Counted from the stretch's first letter, positions 1 through 9,563 are shown. The stretch: DNA of 64,000 nucleotides from Chryseobacterium gleum (GCA_945897565.1 CAMDFN010000003.1:48508-112507); one strand, 5' to 3'. Program-made: numbers and translations. Notes: generated by a model from the letters alone, not told the origin.

Positions 1-662
1 ACCTCTGGCCAACCAACCTTCAGCAAGCCAATACGCCGCGGAGTAACCTTCCTTTGATGGATATCGACGGCAACGTTGTCTTTACCTATTTAGAAGGCCG
101 CGTGGGCTACAGTGGCAACCAATTGGTCTATGAGCCACGCCCAGAGCAAAAAGGAAACGCTGCACGTTCTATTTTCTATATGGCCACTTGCTACAACGGC
201 CAGGGCGGCAATACTTGGGAGCTTCCGGCTACCCAAAGTCAAGAATCACTCAAAACATGGCATTTCGCAGACGCTCCAGACAACTACGAAATCGCGCGTC
301 ACGAATATGTAGCTGTGCTACAAAATAACCGCAACCCGTTTATCGATTCGGCTTACTTTGCTTGCCATATCAACTTTTCCAACATGAGCTATTTGAACTG
401 CGACATGGGTCTTTCAGAAAAATTAGATCAAAATTTATCGGTCTTCCCGGTTCCTGCGTCTCAGACACTCTATGCGCAAGTAAATGGTCTTGACATCCTC
501 GGTTATCAAATTCAAGACATCCAAGGACGTCAGGTAAGTAGCAACCAAAACCTCCAACTTCCTGTTTTGGCCTTGCCTATTCAAGAATTCAAGGCGGGCG
601 TATATTTCATTACCGTTCAAACCCAATATGGTCAAGTCAAACGCGAGTTTGTGATAGAATAA
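1..662 (+). CDS. Endonuclease I family extracellular nuclease with T9SS-type C-terminal sorting domain (5' end outside window)
   Basis: The frame of ORF 54..662 stays open back to nt 3. The translation has endonuclease I signatures (GNAARSIFYMATCY, LQNNRNPFIDS). The C-terminal ~75 aa (VFPVPAS...GVYFITVQTQYGQVKREFVIE) resemble a Por/T9SS CTD. Confidence 0.7.
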   Translation, partial: LWPTNLQQANTPRSNLPLMDIDGNVVFTYLEGRVGYSGNQLVYEPRPEQKGNAARSIFYMATCYNGQGGNTWELPATQSQESLKTWHFADAPDNYEIARHEYVAVLQNNRNPFIDSAYFACHINFSNMSYLNCDMGLSEKLDQNLSVFPVPASQTLYAQVNGLDILGYQIQDIQGRQVSSNQNLQLPVLALPIQEFKAGVYFITVQTQYGQVKREFVIE

Positions 663-1360
663 TGATTAAAAGTATTTGGTATATCATGATCGGAGCAAGC
701 CTAATGGCTTGCTCTGCTCGTTTTAACCCTACTTTCCATATCGCTTATCAATCGGTAGTTGCGACCACTCAAGATTCAACTCTACTGAGGCAACTCGAAC
801 CTTACCGAGATACTTTAGTTCAAGAATTCAGCGCCTATGTGGCAAGCGCACCTTCAGATTTAGTCATCAGCAGGCCTGGATCAAACCTCATGAACTGGTG
901 CGCCGATGCCGTTTTGAGTTCACAAACCGCCAACAAGCGCTTCAGTGAACCTGTCATTTGTTTGCTCAACACCGGAGGCTTGCGCAGTACTTTTGGCGCA
1001 GGAAAACTGACTTTAGCTGACTTTTACAAACTGATGCCTTTCGATAATCGGGTTGTATGGATCCATTTACCTGTTTCTAAAATCACCGACATCGAAAAAT
1101 ACCTTACAAAGAGCGGCGGCGAACCAATGGCCAATTGCATTTTTCAAGATGGAAAGTTAGCGATACCAAGTTTGTTGCCAAGTCACCAATATATTTGGGT
1201 GCTCACCTCAGATTTTCTAGCCAACGGCGGCGATCAAATGACCTTTTTTCTAGGTCTTGAAAAACAAGAAACAACAATTTTGCTGCGCGATATATTTATA
1301 GAGACAGCAAAAAATCAAGGCGAGTTAATGCTCGATGCACAACCTAGATACATCAAATGA
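662..1360 (+). CDS. 5'-nucleotidase C-terminal (substrate-binding) domain lipoprotein
   Basis: 232-aa ORF with a lipoprotein-like signal (IGASLMAC). It resembles the C-terminal domain of UshA-type 5'-nucleotidases (SDFLANGGD). Its stop overlaps the next start (ATGA). Confidence 0.65.
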   Translation: MIKSIWYIMIGASLMACSARFNPTFHIAYQSVVATTQDSTLLRQLEPYRDTLVQEFSAYVASAPSDLVISRPGSNLMNWCADAVLSSQTANKRFSEPVICLLNTGGLRSTFGAGKLTLADFYKLMPFDNRVVWIHLPVSKITDIEKYLTKSGGEPMANCIFQDGKLAIPSLLPSHQYIWVLTSDFLANGGDQMTFFLGLEKQETTILLRDIFIETAKNQGELMLDAQPRYIK

Positions 1361-2259
1361 AAATTACGCGTAGAAATCTTTTTCAAAAATTTGGGATCTT
1401 ATCCTTTGGTGTGCTTATGCCCAAATGGTTAAGTGCTCAAACAAGCAGAAAAAATACGCCAAAACTCGTCATTCTGCATACAAACGATACACATTCGCAA
1501 ATTGACCCTTTGCCAGCCAATCATCCGAAATTCCCCAACCAAGGTGGAATTATGGCACGTGCAGCAATGATCGACAAATACCGCAAAGAAAATGATCATG
1601 TTTTGTTATTAGATTCCGGCGACTTCTTTCAAGGCACACCCTATTTCAATCGCTTCCAGGGTGTACTCGAAATGAAACTCATGAGTGCGCTTGCTTATGA
1701 TGTTGTCACCTTAGGAAATCACGACTTCGACATCGGTGTAGATGGTTTCATGAATGCACAACAACATGCGAATTTTAAGTTTGTGAACGCCAATTACGAT
1801 TTTGGTCAAACGGCTATGGCGGCAGTGGTTCAAGCTTATCAAATCATCCAAAAAGGACATTATAAAGTTGGCATCTTTGGTTTGGGTATTGATATAAACG
1901 GCCTTGTGCCCGCAAGTAATTTTGAAGGTATTCGTATCAAAGATCCGTTTGAAAGTGCTTCCGTAGTCATTCAAGAATTAAAGCGACGCAACTGTGACTT
2001 GATCATTTGCCTGTCGCATTTGGGATATCAATACGAAGATAAATCCAAACCCAGCGATCTTTTACTTGCTGAGAAAGTTGCTGGCATCGACCTCATTTTA
2101 GGCGGGCACACCCACACATTTATGGAGGCGCCTACAAAAGTAACGAATGCAGCAGGCCAAGACGTTTGGATCCACCAGGTAGGCTGGGCCGGCGTGAGAC
2201 TCGGTGCCATTGAGGTTACGGAGAAAAAGTTTAACTTTCTTCAAAAAATCATCCATTGA
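1357..2259 (+). CDS. Metallophosphoesterase, 5'-nucleotidase N-terminal catalytic domain protein
   Basis: 300-aa ORF with calcineurin-like phosphoesterase motifs (HTNDTHS, DSGDFFQG, GNHDFD, SHLG, GGHTH). The N-terminus is twin-arginine-like (TRRNLFQKF). Confidence 0.75.
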   Translation: MKITRRNLFQKFGILSFGVLMPKWLSAQTSRKNTPKLVILHTNDTHSQIDPLPANHPKFPNQGGIMARAAMIDKYRKENDHVLLLDSGDFFQGTPYFNRFQGVLEMKLMSALAYDVVTLGNHDFDIGVDGFMNAQQHANFKFVNANYDFGQTAMAAVVQAYQIIQKGHYKVGIFGLGIDINGLVPASNFEGIRIKDPFESASVVIQELKRRNCDLIICLSHLGYQYEDKSKPSDLLLAEKVAGIDLILGGHTHTFMEAPTKVTNAAGQDVWIHQVGWAGVRLGAIEVTEKKFNFLQKIIH

Positions 2260-3200
2260 TCAAGTACATCTTAGGCTTATTCGCAGTGCTGCTCGGTTTT
2301 TTTTCTTGCACCAAGCCAGTACAAATAGACCTGCCACAATTACCGCCGCAATTAGTGGTCGATGGCAATATTGAAGCCGGTTCCTACCCAATTGTGCTTT
2401 TGAGCATCTCACAACCCGCAGCAGATACGGTCAGCTTGCTCACTTACCTGAATAGTGTGGTGAGCGATGCGCAAGTAAATGTGATCAACGCAACAGATAC
2501 CTTTGCACTCACACCTACTTTTATTCAGCAACTACCTCTCGAAAGTCAGAAACGAGTAGCTGAAATGCTCAGGCTTGAACTAGAAGAAGTGCTCCTTTTG
2601 CCGATTCAAGTCTACACCTCAACAGCGCTTATAGGTGAGCCAAATCACACCTATGCCTTACATATTCAGTACAAAGACAAAACCTTCACCGGTAGTACTT
2701 ATCTTCCTTCACAAGCCCCGCTAGACACCCTCTATTGGAAACGAGAAACCGCCGCAATAGAATACGGCTTCAGTTGGGCGCGCTTAACAGACCCAGCTTC
2801 AAGCTCAGATGCCTATCGTTGGGAAGTAAGAAGAATAGATCGAAATGAGCAAGGACAAGATCTTGACCCTATATTTAGAAGGGCACGAGGTGGAATTTTC
2901 AGCGACGAATTTTTCAATGGTCAAGCGATAGAATTCTATTTTCAAAATCCTTTAAAAAGAAAAGACAGCACCCACTTGAAAGCCTACCGACGGTATTATC
3001 GCTTCGGCGACAGTGTGGTGGTCAAACTCTCCAAAATGGACCCTGCTGTTTATCTCTATTACGACCGCATGGACGCCCAGCTTGATGCAAATTCGAATCC
3101 TTATGCCACACCAATCAATATTCCCTCAAACATGAAAGGTTGTCTCGGCATTTGGGCAGGCTTTAGCCCTTGGTATGATACCCTTATTTGTATAGATTAG
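2256..3200 (+). CDS. DUF4249-like lipoprotein (function unknown)
   Basis: 314-aa ORF with a TTG start overlapping the upstream TGA and a lipobox (LGFFSC). The N-terminal pattern DLPQLPPQLVVDGNIE..PIVLLSIS resembles my memory of the Bacteroidota DUF4249 family; this is not verified. Confidence 0.45.
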   Translation: MIKYILGLFAVLLGFFSCTKPVQIDLPQLPPQLVVDGNIEAGSYPIVLLSISQPAADTVSLLTYLNSVVSDAQVNVINATDTFALTPTFIQQLPLESQKRVAEMLRLELEEVLLLPIQVYTSTALIGEPNHTYALHIQYKDKTFTGSTYLPSQAPLDTLYWKRETAAIEYGFSWARLTDPASSSDAYRWEVRRIDRNEQGQDLDPIFRRARGGIFSDEFFNGQAIEFYFQNPLKRKDSTHLKAYRRYYRFGDSVVVKLSKMDPAVYLYYDRMDAQLDANSNPYATPINIPSNMKGCLGIWAGFSPWYDTLICID

Positions 3201-3299
3201 AACAGTAATTGTATAAACAGGAATCTGCATGACCATGAATTCTTTTAATGTCATTTTGTATTTTCCTATTCGAACATTCACTGCGTTTTGGTGTTGATA

Positions 3300-4724
3300 A
3301 TGCACAAAACTCATCTTATGTTTCGCGTCATTATATCCCTATTTATAAGCTCAGTTTGTTTTCAATTTGTTGCCCAAACCACCGTTTCGGGTGGTATCTA
3401 TCAAAACACCACTTGGAGCGCTTCCGGTAGCCCCTACCTCATGACGGGCTCAATGGTTGTATTTCCGGGTGTAACGCTCACGATAGAACCTGGTGTAGAA
3501 GTGCGCGTGACGCCAGATTACTCGTTTAATACGGGTAACTTGCGGTACTTGGAAGTAAGAGGAACGCTTGTAGCAGTTGGAACCGATGCAGCGCCGATTA
3601 CCTTCAAAACAACAGACGCTAGTATCCTAGGACAACAAACCTGGTATGGCATCAACATCAAAGGATCACAGGGTGGCAATGTGCAGCTAGACCGCTTCCG
3701 CTTACACGATAGCTGGCAAGGTATTGCTAATGATATTTCCCAACCTGGGGTAAGTTATAATTGGACGAACTGTCAGTTCAAAAACAATAATTACAGCATC
3801 CAACTCAATGCCGACATGTCTTATAATGGTTGCTTGTTTGAAAACAACGGCGTAGGGCAAGCAGCACAAATTTTGTATGGTTCCCTCACCGCCGATAATT
3901 GTCAGTTCATCAATAATTTTTGCTCTTTTACGTGGTCAAACAACATCAACGTAAATAACTGCTTATTCGAAGGCAATGTAAATAATATCATTGGCTCACC
4001 AGGAACGGTCAGCAATTGCCAATTTATCGACAACGATTTTGGCTTTGCAGAGGCTTATGGCCACACCATCCAAAATTGTTATTTCGAGGGCAATGGAGTA
4101 GCTATTGACAACTCTGGTGGGGCAAATATCAGTAACAACACCTTTGATAGTAATGTTTTAGCGGTTCGTTTAGGCGACGGCAGTTCACTCACCAATAATA
4201 TCATCACCAACAACGGTGTCGGTGTAGCCGTTTTGGCCTACAGCCCCAATTCAACGCTCATCGAAAACAATACCATTTGCTACAACACGGACTACAACCT
4301 TCAAAACCTGACAGATAAAAACTTTCAAGTCAATGCCAATTGCTTTTGCTCACAAGATTCCACATACATCGAGAACCTCATCTTAGATGGTTATGATGAC
4401 ATCACCAAAGGATTGGTCAACTACGCCATCTACGACGACTCCTGCGCCAATGTCCTGGACTACGTCGTTAAAATCAATCTTGATGGAGGTGCAGGTCTTG
4501 CAACGCTTCAGCCCAACTCCTGGCGTTTAAAAGGTCAAGATGCCAACACAATCTATATTGAAAGTGCGCAAGTGTTTCAACTTGAACTCATGAATTCTAT
4601 CGGGCAAGTTCAAAAAGAAATTATGCTTCAAAAAGGCGAAAATAAAATCTCAACAAATCACTTTCCGAGTGGCCTCTATTTTCTAAAAAATGAATTTGGC
4701 AGCACTCAGAAAGTGCTGCTTTGA
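3300..4724 (+). CDS. Right-handed parallel beta-helix repeat protein with T9SS C-terminal sorting domain
   Basis: The ORF-track start is GTG 3288. ATG 3300 gives a signal peptide (MHKTHLMFRVIISLFISSVCFQFVAQ). Asn/Gly-rich ~22-aa periodic repeats recur (NCQF.NN, NNxI.NN). The C-terminal tail GLYFLKNEFGSTQKVLL looks like a T9SS CTD. Confidence 0.6.
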   Translation: MHKTHLMFRVIISLFISSVCFQFVAQTTVSGGIYQNTTWSASGSPYLMTGSMVVFPGVTLTIEPGVEVRVTPDYSFNTGNLRYLEVRGTLVAVGTDAAPITFKTTDASILGQQTWYGINIKGSQGGNVQLDRFRLHDSWQGIANDISQPGVSYNWTNCQFKNNNYSIQLNADMSYNGCLFENNGVGQAAQILYGSLTADNCQFINNFCSFTWSNNINVNNCLFEGNVNNIIGSPGTVSNCQFIDNDFGFAEAYGHTIQNCYFEGNGVAIDNSGGANISNNTFDSNVLAVRLGDGSSLTNNIITNNGVGVAVLAYSPNSTLIENNTICYNTDYNLQNLTDKNFQVNANCFCSQDSTYIENLILDGYDDITKGLVNYAIYDDSCANVLDYVVKINLDGGAGLATLQPNSWRLKGQDANTIYIESAQVFQLELMNSIGQVQKEIMLQKGENKISTNHFPSGLYFLKNEFGSTQKVLL

Positions 4725-4730
4725 ACAAGT

Positions 4731-5114
4731 TTACATCCACTTGGCCAAGAAGACATTGAATTGAGCTCTTAATTGCGCAAAATTCTTTTCGAAAAAGGCC
4801 ATAAAGTCAGTCTCTGCGTCGTGGCTTTCTACTTTTCGGTGATCAACAGCAACCGGGTTGTGCTCGATTTCCTTCACTAATAAATTTTCATTGACTTTGA
4901 TCTGATGGGCCAACTCATCCACATGATTGCGCTGAATCAAAAATTGATTCTGAAAATGCTCCACTGATTTTAAAAAATCGGTATTGGTATTCTTCGAAGT
5001 GACTTCTTGAAGTCGTTCTCGTAAGATGGTCAGTTCCTCTTTGTAAAAGTCTAATCTTTTGAGCCAATCTTGATTTTCTAGATGTTGGTCGTAAATGAAT
5101 AATTTAGTTGTCAT
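4731..5114 (-). CDS. Hypothetical helical protein
   Basis: 127-aa ORF that fits exactly between neighbouring genes. No family recognised. Confidence 0.5.
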   Translation of the reverse strand: MTTKLFIYDQHLENQDWLKRLDFYKEELTILRERLQEVTSKNTNTDFLKSVEHFQNQFLIQRNHVDELAHQIKVNENLLVKEIEHNPVAVDHRKVESHDAETDFMAFFEKNFAQLRAQFNVFLAKWM

Positions 5115-5202
5115 GATGTTTGATTTTAAACAAAGTTCTGCCTATTTCGCGGACCAAAACATGATAGAGGTCAATTCCTAACTTGATTCTTTTACAAATC
5201 AC

Positions 5203-5210
5203 TATCTTTG
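5203..5210 (+). promoter_or_regulatory. Bacteroidota -7 box (TATCTTTG) upstream of gltX
   Basis: Matches TAnnTTTG 21 nt before ATG 5231. A TTG lies at 5183-5185 in roughly the -33 position. Confidence 0.5.
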
Positions 5211-5230
5211 CAGCCTATATTATTCTTCTT

Positions 5231-6760
5231 ATGTCTTCAGTACCTGTTCGCGTTCGCTTTGCCCCCTCACCTACTGGCCCGCTCCATATGGGAGGTGTGC
5301 GCACTGCACTTTATAACTACCTTTTTGCGCTCAAGCACAATGGTACCTTTCTGATCCGCATCGAAGATACCGATCAAAACCGCTTTGTGCCTGGCGCGCA
5401 AGACTACATTATGGATGCCCTTGATTGGTGCGGTATCATGCCCACAGAAGGTCCGGGTTTAGGTGGCAACTACGGCCCTTACGTGCAGTCTGAACGCAAA
5501 GAAATGTACAAGCCTTACGCCGAACAACTCATCGCCGAAGACAAAGCTTACTACGCTTTTGACAGCTCCGAAGACCTCGATCTCATGCGCGACCAAGCCA
5601 AAACCATGGGCATGCCCAATTGGCAATACAACAGCGTGACGCGCAGCAGCATGCGCAACTCCCTCACCCTTCCTCAGTCTGAAGTGGAGCAACTGCTCGC
5701 TGCAGGCGAACCTTATGTCGTCCGTATGAAAATGCCGCGCAACCGCGACATCCGCTTCCACGACCTCATTCGTGGTTGGGTTGTGGTCAATACCAACAAC
5801 CTAGACGACAAAGTTTTATTCAAAAGCGACGGCATGCCAACTTATCACTTGGCCAATATCGTCGATGACCACACCATGGCCATAAGCCACGTCATCCGCG
5901 GCGAAGAATGGTTGCCCTCCGCACCGTTGCACGTGATGCTCTATGAAGCTTTTGGTTGGGCTTGCCCTGAGTTTGCACACCTCCCACTTTTGCTTCGTCC
6001 AGATGGCAATGGCAAACTTTCCAAACGAGATGGCGATCGCCTAGGTTTTCCTGTTTTCCCGACCAACTGGCTTACTGCAGAGGGCGAACTTTACTCTGGC
6101 TACCGCGAAAAAGGCTATCTACCGGGCGCTTTCATCAATATGCTAGCACTTTTAGGTTGGAACCCCGGTACTACACAAGAGATCTTTACCCTTACCGAAC
6201 TTATTGACGCTTTTACACTCGAGCGGGTCAGTAAGGCCGGTGCCAAATTCGATCCTGAGAAAACCAAATGGTTTCAGCAACAATATTTGCGTGCGCAATC
6301 AGAAGATGCGCTTGCTTCACAACTGCGTCAACTTGCAACCATTGAACATTCAGATGCCGAGCTTCAACAAATTTGCGGCCTCATGAAAGAACGAGCCACC
6401 TTTGCGCAAGACATCCTTACCGACGGCGCATATCTTTTTGGTCGTACCACTGAATTCGATGCCGAAACCATTCACAAAAAATGGAAGCCCGAAACAACAG
6501 CGTATATCCAAGAATGGAGAAATATCGTGAGCAGCCTCAAAGAATTTTCTGCCCAAACCATTGAAGTCTCTTTCAAAACTTTCTTAGCAGAAAAACAACT
6601 GGGTATTGGCGCCGTACTTCTTCCTTATCGCCTCGTGCTAACTGGAGTTGGAGCTGGCCCTGGCATGTTCGAAATTTCTGAGTTTCTCGGCAAAGAAGAA
6701 GTGCTTTCTCGGATTGATCTCGGTTTAGCTGCTATAGAAAAAATCCTTCATGAAGCATAA
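5231..6760 (+). CDS. gltX: Glutamate--tRNA ligase
   Basis: Class I aaRS motifs are present: HIGH-type PSPTGPLHMGG and KMSKS-type KLSKR. The start is moved to ATG 5231 because the track start (TTG 5183) lies upstream of the promoter box. Confidence 0.95.
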   Translation: MSSVPVRVRFAPSPTGPLHMGGVRTALYNYLFALKHNGTFLIRIEDTDQNRFVPGAQDYIMDALDWCGIMPTEGPGLGGNYGPYVQSERKEMYKPYAEQLIAEDKAYYAFDSSEDLDLMRDQAKTMGMPNWQYNSVTRSSMRNSLTLPQSEVEQLLAAGEPYVVRMKMPRNRDIRFHDLIRGWVVVNTNNLDDKVLFKSDGMPTYHLANIVDDHTMAISHVIRGEEWLPSAPLHVMLYEAFGWACPEFAHLPLLLRPDGNGKLSKRDGDRLGFPVFPTNWLTAEGELYSGYREKGYLPGAFINMLALLGWNPGTTQEIFTLTELIDAFTLERVSKAGAKFDPEKTKWFQQQYLRAQSEDALASQLRQLATIEHSDAELQQICGLMKERATFAQDILTDGAYLFGRTTEFDAETIHKKWKPETTAYIQEWRNIVSSLKEFSAQTIEVSFKTFLAEKQLGIGAVLLPYRLVLTGVGAGPGMFEISEFLGKEEVLSRIDLGLAAIEKILHEA

Positions 6761-7103
6761 AATCTTCGTCAGCGGTATTCAATGTTATGCTTACCACGGC
6801 TGTTTGCCTGAAGAAGGCCGTATCGGAGGGCATTATATTGTCGATATCGAACTGCACACAGACTTCAGTATGGCTGCCGAGCACGATACCCTAACCGATA
6901 CCATAGATTACGTTGACGTCAACCGCATCGTGACCGAAGAAATGGCCATCCGTTCCAAACTCATTGAGCATGTTGGTCAACGCATTATCCACAGGATCAA
7001 AACTGAGTTAAAAGGCATTCATTTGCTACAAGTCAAAATCACTAAGCTTAGCCCTCCAATCAACGGAGACGTGCAGTCTGTAGCCATCTTGATTGAAGCC
7101 TAA
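6750..7103 (+). CDS. folB: Dihydroneopterin aldolase
   Basis: 117-aa ORF with a FolB-like pattern (IFVSGIQCYAYHGCLPEEGRIGG...DTIDYVDV). It overlaps the gltX stop by 11 nt. Confidence 0.8.
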   Translation: MKHKIFVSGIQCYAYHGCLPEEGRIGGHYIVDIELHTDFSMAAEHDTLTDTIDYVDVNRIVTEEMAIRSKLIEHVGQRIIHRIKTELKGIHLLQVKITKLSPPINGDVQSVAILIEA

Positions 7104-7681
7104 CTAACCTTCGCTTTCAGAAATTCTAGAAACTGAGCCATTGCTCTGGCCCGATGGCTAAACATGTTTTTCTCGGCAAGTGGCATCTGAGCAAAAGTCT
7201 TATGTTGATCTTCTGGTATGAATATCGGGTCATAACCAAAACCTTCGGTTCCTGTCTTTTCATTTGAAATCACGCCCTTTACCACACCCGTAAATTGCTG
7301 TTGCATGAGGCCATCGCAATAGGTCATCACGGTTTTGAACTGGGCGCGCCGATCAGAGGCCTGCTGAAGAGCTGCCAATAGTTTATTCATATTGGCAACG
7401 TCGTTGCGCTCGAGGCCTGCATAACGCGCAGAATGCACCCCAGGCGCGCCGTTTAAGGCCAAAACTTCTAGGCCTGTGTCGTCTGCAAAGCACGGCAAAC
7501 CAAAACGCGCTAAAACCCAGTTGGCTTTGAAAGCAGAATTGCCCTCAATAGTAGCTTCGTTTTCTGGAATTTCTTCGTGAAGATCGAGGTCGTGAAGGGT
7601 CAAGAGCGTCATGCCTGAAGGTAATATAGACCGGATCTCTTCTGCTTTCTTTTGATTATGACTTGCAAATACGATTTTCAT
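7100..7681 (-). CDS. rdgB: Non-canonical purine NTP pyrophosphatase (RdgB/HAM1 family)
   Basis: 193-aa ORF with motifs FASHNQKK, EENGxTxEGNS-like, DDTGLEV, GAPGVHSARYAG and GFGYDPIF. Confidence 0.9.
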   Translation of the reverse strand: MKIVFASHNQKKAEEIRSILPSGMTLLTLHDLDLHEEIPENEATIEGNSAFKANWVLARFGLPCFADDTGLEVLALNGAPGVHSARYAGLERNDVANMNKLLAALQQASDRRAQFKTVMTYCDGLMQQQFTGVVKGVISNEKTGTEGFGYDPIFIPEDQHKTFAQMPLAEKNMFSHRARAMAQFLEFLKAKVS

Positions 7682-7684
7682 GAG

Positions 7685-9319
7685 CTAAAAATAGGAAATA
7701 TAGCCCACGTGCAATTTACCTGCATTTAATTGTAGGCCCTTTCCTAGCGCAGCACCCAAGCCATAACTCAATTTGAACTGGCCATTGTCGGAACCTATTA
7801 CCAAACCCAAACCAAGTGCATAGACAGTAGTTTGTGTATTGTTGAGCACTTTATTCTCAAACCAAGACCAATCAGAAAAAACCAAAAAATGAGCATATTC
7901 ATCGAGTAAAAAACGATACTCTAAGCCTGCAAAAACAATAGTGGAAGCAAAAAATGCTTCTTCATCAAAACCGCGCATGCGTTCTAAACCACCAAAACGA
8001 TAGAGCTCATTGGCATAGAGGTTGGCGGCCTGAATATGGTCAAATTCTTGGCTCAAACACAAGACCTGCCGCTTTGTAAGCGGCACAAAATAGCGCTGAG
8101 ACAATTCCACACGCCATGTGAGCTGTTCTTCCACGACCTTTTTATTACCGACTAAATACAGCGCTTTAAGCTGCATGCCTTTTCTCGGATTAGGCATAAA
8201 ATCAAGCTGCTGTCTTTGCAAGCCAATACCATAGGCAAGTGTGCTAAAATCAACTAGATTGTTTATGGACGTGGAAGACAGCAACGTATTTGAACGCCAA
8301 TAATCTAGTTGCGCAAGGAGTTGCCAATTATTGGAAAACAAATAGGTCAAAGCTAAATTTCCTTTAACTTCTAAGAAAGAGGTGTCCCGGCGATAGAGCG
8401 CAAAGCCCGAGCTTAAACCGTAGGGCGAACCTCCGATATATGGCCAACTGAGCGAACTTTTCAGCATTTGGGTTTGTGGTGCAATACTTCGCCAATGCAG
8501 CAAAAATTTCTCATTTTTCTGAAACGTATTTTGAAGTTGCAAATTGAATTCACCCACCAAAGCTGTTTTTTGGTTTGTCGGGTTTTGTTGCAAGCCCATG
8601 ATGCCCGTTGCTGAACTCATTTTGATTCTTTCGATAAAAAAATAGAGCTCTGCACGCTGATCAATATAGGCCCATTCCGGGGCGCGCAATAACTTAAAAG
8701 GCAGCTGACCTGCCAGTTGGCTTTGTACTTGTAGAAGTTTTGCTTCGCTAAAAAGAGCGCCAGTTTGGATTTGCAGCAGGTTTGAAAGTACTTTTTCTTG
8801 GATGATGCCCTCCGGCTTCACTTGCAGTTGGCCCCACCGCACTTCTGGCCCCTTAATAGTTTGCATTTCTAGCGAGGGCTGCACGCCCGAGCTAAAATGA
8901 AGGCGCACCTGACCAAAAGGATAGCCGTTATGGAGCAGCTGATTCAAGGAGTCTTGTACCATTTTTTGCAGTTCCTTAGCTTGAACCCATACAAAAACGC
9001 CAATTCCGTTGTCTTGGGTATGCAAAGAAATACCCTCAAAAAAAGGCCCAGGACTGATTTGAAAATAAGAAACGGAATCGCTTGACTTGGATGGAATGAC
9101 CGCAAAAAGAAAATACCCCGCATCCAGTGCCTGCGCCTGCCAATCGTTGGTTTTTTTCTGCCAATTGACAAGATTATACAATACAGCGGTATCAATTTGT
9201 ATGATTGAAAGTGCCTTAGGGAGTGACTGTTGGAGCGGGTCTATAGCAAACTGAGGCTGCTGCGCATTGAATTGCAACACCCAACCAACCATAAATATCA
9301 ACTTGATGACAAACTGCAT
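7685..9319 (-). CDS. Outer-membrane beta-barrel protein, Omp85/surface antigen-like
   Basis: 544-aa ORF with an N-terminal signal. The C-terminal half has alternating beta-strand-like segments and ends in an aromatic residue (HVGYISYF), as OMP barrels do. Confidence 0.5.
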   Translation of the reverse strand: MQFVIKLIFMVGWVLQFNAQQPQFAIDPLQQSLPKALSIIQIDTAVLYNLVNWQKKTNDWQAQALDAGYFLFAVIPSKSSDSVSYFQISPGPFFEGISLHTQDNGIGVFVWVQAKELQKMVQDSLNQLLHNGYPFGQVRLHFSSGVQPSLEMQTIKGPEVRWGQLQVKPEGIIQEKVLSNLLQIQTGALFSEAKLLQVQSQLAGQLPFKLLRAPEWAYIDQRAELYFFIERIKMSSATGIMGLQQNPTNQKTALVGEFNLQLQNTFQKNEKFLLHWRSIAPQTQMLKSSLSWPYIGGSPYGLSSGFALYRRDTSFLEVKGNLALTYLFSNNWQLLAQLDYWRSNTLLSSTSINNLVDFSTLAYGIGLQRQQLDFMPNPRKGMQLKALYLVGNKKVVEEQLTWRVELSQRYFVPLTKRQVLCLSQEFDHIQAANLYANELYRFGGLERMRGFDEEAFFASTIVFAGLEYRFLLDEYAHFLVFSDWSWFENKVLNNTQTTVYALGLGLVIGSDNGQFKLSYGLGAALGKGLQLNAGKLHVGYISYF

Positions 9320-9362
9320 CCTTTAAGATTAAAGAATTAACGCGCTAATTTTCCAAAAATTG

Positions 9363-9370
9363 TAACTTTG
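9363..9370 (+). promoter_or_regulatory. Bacteroidota -7 box (TAACTTTG) upstream of small lipoprotein ORF
   Basis: TAnnTTTG match 43 nt before ATG 9414, in an otherwise empty intergenic region. Confidence 0.4.
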
Positions 9371-9413
9371 TACAACAACCGCCGTTAAAAGCAGCAACAA
9401 CAAAACAAACACC

Positions 9414-9557
9414 ATGAAAACAAAATCAACATTTATCCTTGCGGCATTTGCTACATTACTTGTATTAGCATCTTGTGGCGCTGGTCGCAAAGCAAGCTGC
9501 GATGCTTATGGAAGTCTTGAGCAAACAACACAAAACGCAGATTTAGCTACCCGCTAA
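9414..9557 (+). CDS. Small (47-aa) putative lipoprotein, absent from ORF track
   Basis: Read by hand as MKTKSTFILAAFATLLVLASCGAGRKASCDAYGSLEQTTQNADLATR*. It has a signal peptide with lipobox LASC and its own upstream -7 box, and it fills the 9320-9563 gap. Confidence 0.5.
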   Translation: MKTKSTFILAAFATLLVLASCGAGRKASCDAYGSLEQTTQNADLATR

Positions 9558-9563
9558 ACCCAT

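Noticed and set aside
662-2259. The two 5'-nucleotidase-domain ORFs as a frameshifted pseudogene
   Set aside because: The domain order is reversed relative to single-chain UshA. Each ORF has its own start and export signal, and the junction is a clean ATGA overlap.
5183-5230. Upstream alternative starts in the ORF track: gltX 5183, groES 25642, miaB 30237, topA 30277, ssb 32656, the lipoprotein 35508, infA 53960, the SprT-like gene 16772 and the dehydrogenase 61334
   Set aside because: In each case a downstream ATG begins the conserved N-terminus. The extension also overlaps a -7 box, a terminator or a neighbouring gene.
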